Part shown: positions 8,689-17,512 of the stretch, in pieces
Layout: every line of letters starts with the position of its first letter
Numbering within the stretch: the stretch's first letter is position 1
Origin: Halanaerobiales bacterium
GTDB lineage: Bacteria > Bacillota > Halanaerobiia > B1SED10-174
Direction of reading: 5' to 3'
NCBI GenBank assembly: GCA_003551905.1
Contig: PUNT01000277.1
Location: forward strand, 1 to 62,942
DNA: 62,942 nt
Made by a program: the position numbers and the translations under genes
Notes under the pieces: model-generated
The model's database searches: none
Seen by the model: only the letters and a program-made list of their open reading frames with translations
What the model was told of the DNA's origin: nothing

Positions 8689-8740
8689 GGAAATTAGTAT
8701 AAATATCTAACAACGGTAGATGATATTATAAGAACAAAAA

Positions 8741-10048
8741 ATGAGAGGGGTGAATACAGTTCTATCAGGTTTGAAGGAAGAGATGGTAGGGAAAATTTTG
8801 GAGAGTTTATCAAAACGCCAGAAAACAAAGGCTCTCAACTTCGTGGATAACTGGGACCTTCTAAAAATTGCTGCTGTTGGGGAGAGGGCTCGAACCGGCC
8901 AACCTCTTAGTGAGCCCTGGGGTTCAACCATGGATTTCCCCTCTTTTCGAGGGCTGGTCTTTTTGCCAGCCCATCTCCAACCTTTTCCTCTTTTGCAGGA
9001 GGAGGAGGTTGACATCAGCACCACCATCGGCCCCAACGCTACTCACCCTCTTACTGTTTCCATGCCAGTTTTCATAACTGGTATGGGCTATGGAGTATCC
9101 CTTTCCCAGGCTGCCCGGATTGCCCTTGCCAGAGGCTCTGCCAGAGGAAGCACAGCTATTAGTTCCGGAGAGGGAGGTTTTGTACCGGTTGAAAGGCAGG
9201 AGAGCAACCGCTATATAGTTCAGTACACCCGGGGGCGATTTTCCAGTAATCCTGCAGATCTGGCAAATGTTGATATGGTAGAGGTAAAGCTTGGTCAGGG
9301 GGCTAGCGCTTCAACCGGCTTCACCGCATCCATTGAGGATTATGAATTTAAAACCCATCTCAGCCTCAGAGAAGAAGAAAGTGATGCGGAAATGCCGGCT
9401 CGCTTTCCGGATATAATGGACTTGCAGGGAATTAAGGCAATGGTTGATGAACTTCGGGAGGTAACCAGCGGTGTACCCATAGGTTTAAAGATAGCAGCTG
9501 GACATATTGAAAAGGACCTGGAACTGGGCCTTGAGGCTGGTTTTGATGTTTTTATACTGGATGGAGCTGAAGGAGGAACCTATGAGAGTCTGGAGATAAC
9601 TATTAATAATTTTGGTATTCCAACCCTGTACGCTGTACCCAGGGCCCACAATTATTTAAATAAGGTGGGGAAAAGGGATCAGGTAAGTCTAATTGCCGCT
9701 GGTGGTATGAGGACCTCCGGTGATTTTCTCAAAGCTTTAGCCTTAGGTGCAGATGCAGTATATGTTGGCTCAGCTGTTTTAATTGCCATGAGTTACAGTC
9801 AATGGAATAAACTACCGGCTGGTGCAACACCAGGGGATCTTTTCTTCTATGGTGGCAAACACACAAATCTTATGGATGTGGAAGAAGGGGCTCAGGGAGT
9901 TGGGAACTTCCTTCTGGCTACCGGAGAGGAGCTAGCAGCTGCTCTCCGGACCATGGGAAAAAGAAGCCTCGGAGAAATAAGTAAAGATGATTTGCAGGCT
10001 CTCGATCCTTTAACTGCAGATATTACCGGAGTGTCTCCAGCATATTGA
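8741..10048 (+). CDS. FMN-binding glutamate synthase family protein (stand-alone GltB domain-2 homologue)
   Basis: 435 aa. TIM-barrel FMN-domain-like segments: PVFITGMGYG, VEVKLGQGA, VFILDGAEGGT and AAGGMRTSGDFLKALALGADAVYVGSA. Confidence 0.8.
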   Translation: MRGVNTVLSGLKEEMVGKILESLSKRQKTKALNFVDNWDLLKIAAVGERARTGQPLSEPWGSTMDFPSFRGLVFLPAHLQPFPLLQEEEVDISTTIGPNATHPLTVSMPVFITGMGYGVSLSQAARIALARGSARGSTAISSGEGGFVPVERQESNRYIVQYTRGRFSSNPADLANVDMVEVKLGQGASASTGFTASIEDYEFKTHLSLREEESDAEMPARFPDIMDLQGIKAMVDELREVTSGVPIGLKIAAGHIEKDLELGLEAGFDVFILDGAEGGTYESLEITINNFGIPTLYAVPRAHNYLNKVGKRDQVSLIAAGGMRTSGDFLKALALGADAVYVGSAVLIAMSYSQWNKLPAGATPGDLFFYGGKHTNLMDVEEGAQGVGNFLLATGEELAAALRTMGKRSLGEISKDDLQALDPLTADITGVSPAY

Positions 10049-10112
10049 AAAATTATCTAAAACATGCTAATATTTCTTTGATCCTTTTAGATCAAAGAAG
10101 GAGGAAGATTAC

Positions 10113-10307
10113 ATGAAGGTAAGAGTTTTAGAAGAAGAGTGTATCAGCTGCGGTCTCTGCATTGATACCTGCCCGGAAGTATTTGAATGGGATGATGATG
10201 AGGATAAAGCCCGGCCCATTCAGGAAGAAGTACCTGAAGGGCAGGAAGACTGTGCCCGGGAAGCTATTGACCTCTGCCCTACAGAAGCTATCGAGGAAAT
10301 AGTGTAG
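10113..10307 (+). CDS. Small 4Fe-4S ferredoxin
   Basis: 64 aa. CISCGLCIDTCP plus a distal CP. Acidic composition. SD GAAGGAGG upstream. Confidence 0.85.
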   Translation: MKVRVLEEECISCGLCIDTCPEVFEWDDDEDKARPIQEEVPEGQEDCAREAIDLCPTEAIEEIV

Positions 10308-10310
10308 ATA

Positions 10311-10341
10311 AAAAACCTCCGGAAATGCCGGAGGTTTTTTG
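10311..10341. terminator. Bidirectional rho-independent terminator between the ferredoxin gene and the convergent ABC exporter gene
   Basis: AAAAA-CCTCCGG-AAATG-CCGGAGG-TTTTTT. Confidence 0.7.
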
Positions 10342-10396
10342 TTGTTAGTTTTACTGGGTTAAGATATGTCAGGGTGCAGGTTTCTGGCCTTTTTGT

Positions 10397-12484
10397 CTAT
10401 TCAGATGCTATACCGTGGCTTTCTGTAAAATCTTCTTTGTATTGTAATAAATAGAGGTTATAATAGAGGCCCTGTTTGGCCAGGAGCTCCTGATGATTAC
10501 CCATCTCGCGAATTTTACCTTTGTGGAGAACGATTATCTGATCAGCTTTTTGAATGGTAGATAGACGGTGTGCCACTACAATACTGGTTCTTCCCGCCAT
10601 GAGTCGGGGCAAAGCGTCCTGAATCAAGAGTTCAGTTTCTGTATCAATATTTGCCGTGGCTTCGTCCAGGACCAAAACGGCTGGATCAAAGGCCAGGGCT
10701 CGCGCGAAAGCGAGAAGTTGCCTCTGTCCTGCTGATAGGGTGGAACCTCTTTCCATCACTTCTTCGTTGTACTGGTTAGGTAGCTTTTCGATGAAAGTAT
10801 GGGCATTTACATAACGAGCAATATCCTTAATCCTGTTATGGTCTATTTCTTTGTTGTTTAAACGGATATTGTCCTCTATTGTCCCTGAGAACAGGAAAAC
10901 ATCCTGCAGAACCAGACCAATGTTGCTGCGTAGATAATCCTTGGGCATTTCTTTAATATCAACGCCATCCAGGAGTATCTGTCCTTTTTGAATATCATAA
11001 AAACGACTGAGGAGATTGATTATGGAGCTTTTACCCGCTCCTGTTGCCCCCACCAGGGCAACAGTGTGCCCCGGTTCTATCTTGAAGTTGATATCCCGGA
11101 GAACCCACTCTTCCTCTTCATAGGCAAACCAAACATTTTTAAATTCTATACGTCCCTTTACCGGTCTTACTAGCTTTGGATTTTCAGCATCCTTGATATC
11201 CGGCTCCCGGTCCATGATAAGGAATATCCTTTCTGCAGAAGCCATTGCTGACTGCAGAATATTATATTTTTCAGTCAAATCATTGATGGGACGGAAGAAC
11301 TGTTCCATGTAATTGACAAAAGCGTAAAGCACGCCAAACTCTATAGCTCCCCGGAGAACATCTCCACCGCCAAACCAGAGAATGAGAGAAAGACCCAGGG
11401 CATATAGCAGTTCCATGGAGGGACGGAAAATGGCAAAAACCCGAAGCTCCCGCATGGATGCTTTATAGTGATCTTCATTTGTATAGTCAAACTCCTCAAA
11501 CTTGCGATTTTCCTGTTTGAATATCTGAATGATTCGCATCCCAGAGATATTCTCAGCAAAGGTGGCATTGATGCGAGCCAGCTTTACTCGTACCTGCCGG
11601 TAGGCTTCCCGGGCTTTTATACGGAATATTGCTGTGACCACGAGAATTAAGGGAAGAACAGCAAAGGATATGAGGGCCAGCCGCAGGTTTAACTGCAGCA
11701 TGACAATTATGATCCCCAGGAGCATGAAGAGATCCCTGAAGAGGTTAACCAGTACAGCAGTATACATCTCATTGAGAGTCTGGGTGTCGTTGGTTACTCG
11801 GGTGACCAACCGACCTACCGGGTTACCATCAAAGAAAGCCAGGGAGAGTTTTTGCATGTGCTCAAAGAGCTGCTGGCGGATATCGTATACTATTTTTTGG
11901 CCGGTTAAATTCAGGAGGTAAACCTGGGCATAGTTCAATACAAAGCCAGCGGTTATGATTGCCAGGAAAATTAGTCCTAGCTTTATGACTGCGTTAATGT
12001 CCCGTTCCCGGAACATGCTCAGGTTGTCACCTTCCAGCCTTATGGCTGCAAATCTTTGCTCATCAGTAGTCACAATGGGAATCTGGTTTTCCACTATGAC
12101 CTCTATCCGGGTGCCGGGGGGGATAAATCCTTCGATAAAATAGTACCTGTTTGCCTCCCGGACCATCTGATATCGGTCTCCAGGTGGAGGTTCTTCAGTA
12201 AACCAATCTTCCCTGTACAGGTGAAGGCCTTGAAATTCTATGCTGTCAGGAGGTGCTTCTTCTGGATCTAGAGCTACAAAAGGAGTGTCAAAGGCATTGA
12301 TATGGTTGTCAATGGCCATTTTGACAATGTAAGGGCGGGCCAGTTCTGTGCCGGTAATTAAAAGCAACATGAATATGGCGAATATGATCATGAATGTGTA
12401 GGGACGGGCATACTTGAGCAGCCTCTTCATGATGCGCGCATCGTATGCCTTGCCTAGAGTTTCTTCTTCATGGAAATACTGCAT
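10397..12484 (-). CDS. ABC exporter fused permease/ATPase subunit, with an enlarged first extracytoplasmic loop
   Basis: 695 aa. Six-TM exporter domain, Walker A GATGAGKSS, signature LSAGQRQ and Walker B LVLDEATA. Confidence 0.9.
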   Translation of the reverse strand: MQYFHEEETLGKAYDARIMKRLLKYARPYTFMIIFAIFMLLLITGTELARPYIVKMAIDNHINAFDTPFVALDPEEAPPDSIEFQGLHLYREDWFTEEPPPGDRYQMVREANRYYFIEGFIPPGTRIEVIVENQIPIVTTDEQRFAAIRLEGDNLSMFRERDINAVIKLGLIFLAIITAGFVLNYAQVYLLNLTGQKIVYDIRQQLFEHMQKLSLAFFDGNPVGRLVTRVTNDTQTLNEMYTAVLVNLFRDLFMLLGIIIVMLQLNLRLALISFAVLPLILVVTAIFRIKAREAYRQVRVKLARINATFAENISGMRIIQIFKQENRKFEEFDYTNEDHYKASMRELRVFAIFRPSMELLYALGLSLILWFGGGDVLRGAIEFGVLYAFVNYMEQFFRPINDLTEKYNILQSAMASAERIFLIMDREPDIKDAENPKLVRPVKGRIEFKNVWFAYEEEEWVLRDINFKIEPGHTVALVGATGAGKSSIINLLSRFYDIQKGQILLDGVDIKEMPKDYLRSNIGLVLQDVFLFSGTIEDNIRLNNKEIDHNRIKDIARYVNAHTFIEKLPNQYNEEVMERGSTLSAGQRQLLAFARALAFDPAVLVLDEATANIDTETELLIQDALPRLMAGRTSIVVAHRLSTIQKADQIIVLHKGKIREMGNHQELLAKQGLYYNLYLLQYKEDFTESHGIASE

Positions 12485-12499
12485 GGTTTGTCACCCCCA

Positions 12500-14251
12500 T
12501 CAGCCGGTGCTCTCAATTTTTTCTTCCAGGAGTTGTTTTTGATAAAGCTCCTGGTAGAAACCTTTTTCCTGGAGCAGCTCTTCATGTGTTCCCTGCTGGG
12601 CTATCCGTCCTTCATCTAAAACGATTATTTCATCAGCAGTTTTCAGGGTAGAAATCCGGTGGGAAATGATAATGGATGTCCGGTTGGCCATCACTTCTTT
12701 CAGGTTGTTCAGGATTGCTTCTTCTGTCTCAGTATCAACTGCTGAAAGGCTGTCATCCAGTATAAGTATTTTAGGTTCTTTGATCAGGGCCCGGGCAATT
12801 GAGATACGCTGTTTTTGCCCACCAGACAGGGTTACACCCCTTTCCCCTACCATGGTTTCGTACTGACGGGGGAATTCAATGATGTTGTCATAGACCTGAG
12901 CCAGACGGGTGTAATTCTCAATTTCTTCCAGGGATCGCCCGGTGGCAGCAAAATCAACATTTTCCTTGATGGTAGCAGAAAAGAGAAAATTATCCTGGGG
13001 CACATAACCTATTTTTTCCCGGAGAACCTTCAGGGGTAAGCGGCGAATATCAATACCGTCAATGAAGACAGTACCCCGGGGAGGTTCATAGAGGCGCAGT
13101 AATATATTCATGAGAGTGGTTTTGCCTGAGCCAGTTCTGCCCAGTAGGCCTACTGTTTTTCCAGCTGGGATGGCATAATTGATATGATGGAGAACAGGCT
13201 CGCTGATGCCAGGATAAGTGAAGGTAAGGTTTTTGAATTCAATGGCTCCTTCCAGATTTTCCACAGGAGCAGGGTCAGGATCATCTTTAACCTTGGGAAT
13301 TTCATCAAATATGGTGTTAATCCTATCCATAGAGGCTCTACCTCTTTGAATAACATTTATAACCCAGCCCAGGGCCAGCATGGGCCAGGTCAGCATTCCC
13401 AAATAGGTGTTGAAGGCTACGAAATCACCTAAGGATATGGTACCATTCATGACCAGGATACCACCATAACCCAAAACTATGATAAAACTCAGGGCTGAGA
13501 GGTACTGCACCAGGGGGAAGAAGATTCCCCAGATTTTTACCAGGTGCATATTCATGTTCACATTGTGCTGATTCACCTGCCGGAAATTCTCTATCTCATC
13601 TTTTTCCTGGGCAAAACCCTTAACCACCCGGATCCCTGAGAAGTTTTCCTGGGTGCGGTCAGTGAACTGAGAAAAAGCTTCCTGAACAGATTTGAAACGG
13701 CGGTGTATTACCCGGCCAAAACGAGTGACTACAGCAGCCATGAAGGGTAGAGGCAGAAGGCCCACAATGGTCAGCCTGAAATCAATGGTTTGGGCCATGA
13801 CGATGATAATTATGGTTGTCAGGAATAGGGCATCAGTAATGAGGACAATCCCAGGGCCCAGGGCCATCCTGATGGCCTGAATATCATTTGTAGCATGAGC
13901 CATGAGGTCGCCAGTTTTATGACGGTTAAAGTACTCTGAAGATAGGGATTGAAGGTGCCGGAAGAGCATGTTGCGTAGCGTATATTCAAGGCGCCGGGCA
14001 TTTCCCATGACATAAATGCGCCACAGGTAACGGAAGAAAGCAATAATTAATGCCAGGAGAATAATAAAGGCAATAAAAAGGAGAATTCCCATCTGGCTTA
14101 CCCGGGCTTCTGCAATGCTATCGGTGAACCAGCCCAGTATTTTGGGAATAATGAGCTGCATGGAGTTGACTATGATAAGGGAAAGAATGCCCAGGATGTA
14201 GTAACGTTTGTTTTCAATGAAGAATTTTCTCAGCCGGAAAAAGCTTTTCAT
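12500..14251 (-). CDS. ABC exporter fused permease/ATPase subunit (partner of the downstream subunit; heterodimeric type)
   Basis: 583 aa. Walker A GRTGSGKTT, signature LSGGQKQR and Walker B LILDDSLSAVD. A 15-nt gap separates it from the second subunit. Confidence 0.9.
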   Translation of the reverse strand: MKSFFRLRKFFIENKRYYILGILSLIIVNSMQLIIPKILGWFTDSIAEARVSQMGILLFIAFIILLALIIAFFRYLWRIYVMGNARRLEYTLRNMLFRHLQSLSSEYFNRHKTGDLMAHATNDIQAIRMALGPGIVLITDALFLTTIIIIVMAQTIDFRLTIVGLLPLPFMAAVVTRFGRVIHRRFKSVQEAFSQFTDRTQENFSGIRVVKGFAQEKDEIENFRQVNQHNVNMNMHLVKIWGIFFPLVQYLSALSFIIVLGYGGILVMNGTISLGDFVAFNTYLGMLTWPMLALGWVINVIQRGRASMDRINTIFDEIPKVKDDPDPAPVENLEGAIEFKNLTFTYPGISEPVLHHINYAIPAGKTVGLLGRTGSGKTTLMNILLRLYEPPRGTVFIDGIDIRRLPLKVLREKIGYVPQDNFLFSATIKENVDFAATGRSLEEIENYTRLAQVYDNIIEFPRQYETMVGERGVTLSGGQKQRISIARALIKEPKILILDDSLSAVDTETEEAILNNLKEVMANRTSIIISHRISTLKTADEIIVLDEGRIAQQGTHEELLQEKGFYQELYQKQLLEEKIESTG

Positions 14252-14369
14252 TACCCCGGTCCTCCTTGCTAATTTCTCATACCTGACTATTATATACTAT
14301 TAATTAAGAGAAATAAAGAGAAATGTTAATTTTATTAATTTTCATTTCAAAGAAAATACAATTAAGTAG

Positions 14370-14744
14370 CTACTTACCCTGGATATTTTCATACGCATCT
14401 AAAAATCTCTTTAATATTTTCTGATTTCTCTCTATCCTCTCAGCCCAGGAATCAAGTAATTCTTTACCTTCTGGTGTTATTTCGTAAGCTCTTCTGGCTG
14501 GTCCGGTGCCCTCAGTTTCCCAGGTGGAGGTCACTTTTTTGCTCTCTTCCAGATTACGCAAGCAGCGGTAGACACTCCCCGGCTCAGGGGTGTCAAAGCC
14601 CAGTTTTGCAATTTTTTCCTGCAGGTCATATCCATATGTTGAATTCTGGGCCAGAAGGAGTAATAGACAGGGTTCAAGAAATTTTTTCATGCGCCCGGAA
14701 GTTTTGCATTCCCTGTGTTTCTCATCTTCTTTCTTTTTACCCAT
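14370..14744 (-). CDS. PadR family transcriptional regulator
   Basis: 124 aa. LEPCLLLLLAQNSTYGYDLQEKI ... GSVYRCLRNLEESKKV ... RRAYEITPEGKE is the PadR winged-helix pattern. It lies upstream of the ABC pair on the same strand. Confidence 0.9.
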   Translation of the reverse strand: MGKKKEDEKHRECKTSGRMKKFLEPCLLLLLAQNSTYGYDLQEKIAKLGFDTPEPGSVYRCLRNLEESKKVTSTWETEGTGPARRAYEITPEGKELLDSWAERIERNQKILKRFLDAYENIQGK

Positions 14745-14776
14745 ATTGGTTTCACCCCTTTATATATGGTAAACAT

Positions 14777-14797
14777 ATATGTGTATATTGCACATAT
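14777..14797. promoter_or_regulatory. Candidate PadR operator (inverted repeat)
   Basis: ATATGTG-N7-CACATAT, 33 bp upstream of the padR start codon. Described PadR operators contain ATGT/ACAT half-sites. Confidence 0.4.
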
Positions 14798-14965
14798 AAG
14801 ACATTTTAATTTTAAGGTTTGCTGGGAAAAAAGTCAACCAGGAAGGAGGAAAATTTTGCCCATGATTTTCTTTGCTAAATGAGTTCTTGACAATCTTTGA
14901 CTTTTAGGATATAAATAGTCAGTAGACACAACAATCATAAAAGCTAATGTTGGAGGGAATCTTCA

Positions 14966-15193
14966 ATGCCTATTTATGAATATCGATGTCCTGTATGCGG
15001 AGTTTTTGAAGCAGTACAACCTATGTCTGCTGATGATTTGCAGGAATGTCCCGAGTGTGGATGCCGGATAAAAAAACTTGTAGGCCGACCTGCTGTTATT
15101 TTCAATGGTAGCGGTTTTTATTCTACTGACTACCGAAAGACCGGTACTTCAGATGATGAAGGAAAGGATAAGAAAGATCAGAAAAAAGATTAA
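14966..15193 (+). CDS. FmdB family zinc-ribbon protein
   Basis: 75 aa. MPIYEYRCPVCG ... CPECG, the CxxC_CxxC_SSSS pattern. Confidence 0.85.
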   Translation: MPIYEYRCPVCGVFEAVQPMSADDLQECPECGCRIKKLVGRPAVIFNGSGFYSTDYRKTGTSDDEGKDKKDQKKD

Positions 15194-15217
15194 AATCCTG
15201 CAGCGGCAGGATTTTTT
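15192..15217. terminator. Bidirectional rho-independent terminator
   Basis: AAAATCCTGC-AGCG-GCAGGATTTTTT between convergent genes. Confidence 0.65.
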
Positions 15218-15234
15218 AATTTATTAGCTCAGAA

Positions 15235-16956
15235 CTACTCCACTACTTTAACTTTGAGTGTTCGCAGGCGGTTTAAGGCAGCTGCTATTTCCAGGGAACG
15301 AGGACGAGCGTAATTTCCTGGTGGTTTTCCAGCATGGGGAGAAATAATTTCCAGCCCCTTTTCATCTAATAGGTTATTCAGTTTCTCTGTTATTTCCGGA
15401 AGGGAACGGCTGCCATCAATTATTTTTTCCCTGAGGGCATAAAAGATCAGATCACCTATAGCTCGGGTCTGGGAATCGTGGACAATCTGTTCTACTCCTT
15501 TAAGATCAATGTTTTCATAACCGAACTGGATTGATTCATCTCCCCGGGCCTTAATTTTAACTTTCTGGCCTTTTCGGGGGTTAAGGCTTGCCGGCAGGGG
15601 AACACGCTGGGTTAGCTTGCCAAAGTGTTCTCCACCTTCAGAAACCCTGTGGGATTTATGTTGCCGGGCGATTCCTTTTGCTTCTCTGGTTACATCTCTG
15701 GGCAGGTATTGGTTCATCATGATTACCTTATCTGCCACATCAAAGTAATCGCCTGACCCTCCAAGTACCAGGATCGTGGAGATGTTCAGGTCATTAAAAA
15801 GCTGACGGACCTTATCGATAAATGGAGTAATTGGTTCCCTGTCCCGGGCTACCAGCTTTTGCATGCGATAATCCCTGATCATGAAGTTGGTAGCTGAGGT
15901 GTCTTCATCTATGAGAAAAGTTTCAGCTCCAGCTTCAATTGCTTCTATTATGTTGGCTGCCTGGGAGGTACTACCGCTGGAATCTTCTGAGGAAAAAGCC
16001 CGGGTATCCTCCTGAAAGGGAAGGTTGCTTATGAAGGGGGCAATGTTTACCTTTTCCACCCTGCGCCCATCTTCAGCTTTAATTTTCATTGCTCTTGCCC
16101 TGGTAACTACCTGTTCCCGGCCATCACCTGGGACATGATTGTATACGCTTCGCTCCAGAGCCCTTAGCAGGGTGGATTTTCCGTGGTACCCACCCCCTAC
16201 TATCAATGTTACACCCTGGGGAATTCCCATCCCCTTTACCGGTCCATAATGAGGTGGGTTTAATTCTATCTCAAGCTCCGGAGGTGACTGGAAAGGAATG
16301 GCCTTTTTTTTATCCATGGGCCGTTCGTCCACGCCACTTTTCCTGGGTAGTATTGCTCCATTAGCTATGAAGGCTATGAGACCTTTTTCTTCCAGTTCCT
16401 GGCGCATGTGTTCTTGGTCCTGGGCTGTTTTTATGTGTTTGATGAGATGATTGGGGTTTAATGCTGAGAAGTAAAGGGTCTTCTTTACAATTTCTGGCAG
16501 TTCTTCCAGGAGCATTTCTGCTGCCTGGCGACCCAAAATTTTTCGCCCTCGGGCTGGTAGACCTACAAATATTCTGGCCTCAATGTAGTCACTGTTAATT
16601 ACAACACTGGTTCTTTCCAGGATTTCCTGCCCGGGTTTATCAACTGTTATTAGACCACTTTTACCGGTGCCCCGATTGCCCCGGGCCACCTGATTGATGA
16701 CCCTGGCCAGAGTTCTGGTAATGTAATCGCACAGGGCTTTTCGCCGAATCTCAGGGTTAAAAGTTGCCGGGGAGAACTGGGCTTTTTCTTGAGGAATTCT
16801 TAAGGCAATCCTTGAAGGACTGGCAAAGGGGTCACCCTGGGCGTAATGAACTATTAGGTCGAAGTCAGCCAGGGAAAAAGATTTTCCCTGCAAATCCTTG
16901 TAGGCTTTGTATCCTTTTCCATCAATTCGACTCAGTATTGATTGCAGTTCTTTCAT
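15235..16956 (-). CDS. ABC-ATPase domain-containing protein (COG3044-type predicted ATPase of the ABC class)
   Basis: 573 aa. The N-terminus LQSILSRIDGKGYKAYKDLQGKSF is typical of the family. P-loop GGGYHGKST. SD AAAGGAGG upstream. Confidence 0.8.
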   Translation of the reverse strand: MKELQSILSRIDGKGYKAYKDLQGKSFSLADFDLIVHYAQGDPFASPSRIALRIPQEKAQFSPATFNPEIRRKALCDYITRTLARVINQVARGNRGTGKSGLITVDKPGQEILERTSVVINSDYIEARIFVGLPARGRKILGRQAAEMLLEELPEIVKKTLYFSALNPNHLIKHIKTAQDQEHMRQELEEKGLIAFIANGAILPRKSGVDERPMDKKKAIPFQSPPELEIELNPPHYGPVKGMGIPQGVTLIVGGGYHGKSTLLRALERSVYNHVPGDGREQVVTRARAMKIKAEDGRRVEKVNIAPFISNLPFQEDTRAFSSEDSSGSTSQAANIIEAIEAGAETFLIDEDTSATNFMIRDYRMQKLVARDREPITPFIDKVRQLFNDLNISTILVLGGSGDYFDVADKVIMMNQYLPRDVTREAKGIARQHKSHRVSEGGEHFGKLTQRVPLPASLNPRKGQKVKIKARGDESIQFGYENIDLKGVEQIVHDSQTRAIGDLIFYALREKIIDGSRSLPEITEKLNNLLDEKGLEIISPHAGKPPGNYARPRSLEIAAALNRLRTLKVKVVE

Positions 16957-17118
16957 ACAATTATACCTCCTTTATTGAGACTTTAATAAAGGATATCCAT
17001 AAAATACTGTTATTTGCCAAAGGTCTGCTGCAGATTTGAATTGTAAACTCAAAACAGAGGAAACCTATCATCTTTGGCGAAAAAATGCTTAGAAGAGTTA
17101 ATTCTAGGAGGTTGAGGA

Positions 17119-17478
17119 ATGTCATCAGAAATTATTTTGTATTGTTTGAGGACTTGAAGGACCTGTCAGAAAACAAAAGCGTGGCTTTTGCAGGAGAAAA
17201 CAGATTTTACCGAAAGAGACCTGGTAAAGGAGCCTCTCCAGGAAGAGGAAGTTCATGCCCTGGCTGAGAAGTTGCAATTGACGGCAAAAGAACTAATTAA
17301 CATCAGGAGCAAAGCATTCAAAAATCTCGGATTGGGACTGGAAGAAATTGATGATGATCATGCTGCCAGGATAATCAGGGAAAATGGCCGTATAATGGTT
17401 CGGCCGGTTCTGGAGAGGGGAGATAGGGCTATAAAGGGTTTTAAAGAAGATATTTATAGAAACTTTCTTTCTTTATAG
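17119..17478 (+). CDS. Spx/ArsC-family thioredoxin-fold protein with an in-frame TGA (probable selenocysteine) at codon 13
   Basis: GGAGG, then 7 nt, then the ATG at 17119. 12 codons (MSSEIILYCLRT), then TGA at 17155, then RTCQKTKAWLLQEKTDFTERDL..., in the same frame as track ORF 17188..17478. It aligns to Spx [17 protein letters not shown] with the TGA on the first Cys of CxxC. Confidence 0.6.
17162..17194 (+). promoter_or_regulatory. SECIS-like stem-loop downstream of the in-frame TGA
   Basis: Lower stem CCTG/CAGG, internal loop, upper stem CAAAAGC/GCTTTTG (7 bp, perfect), apical loop GTG. The upper stem begins 16 nt after the TGA. Confidence 0.45.
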
Positions 17479-17512
17479 GGAGGGCTTTTCTTCAGTTTAA
17501 GGAGGTTTGGGA

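Noticed and set aside
16969-16992. An 8-bp hairpin (CCTTTATT/AATAAAGG) in the 5' leader of the COG3044 ATPase gene was considered as an SD-sequestering element.
   Set aside because: Only two nucleotides of the GGAGG fall in the stem, and the stem is AT-rich and weak. This is insufficient to claim regulation.
17085-17267. A 60-aa plus-strand ORF overlapping the start of the Spx/ArsC-like gene.
   Set aside because: It is out of frame with the homologous reading frame, has no SD and has an Arg/Ser-rich low-complexity translation. The region is better explained by the ATG at 17119 and TGA recoding.
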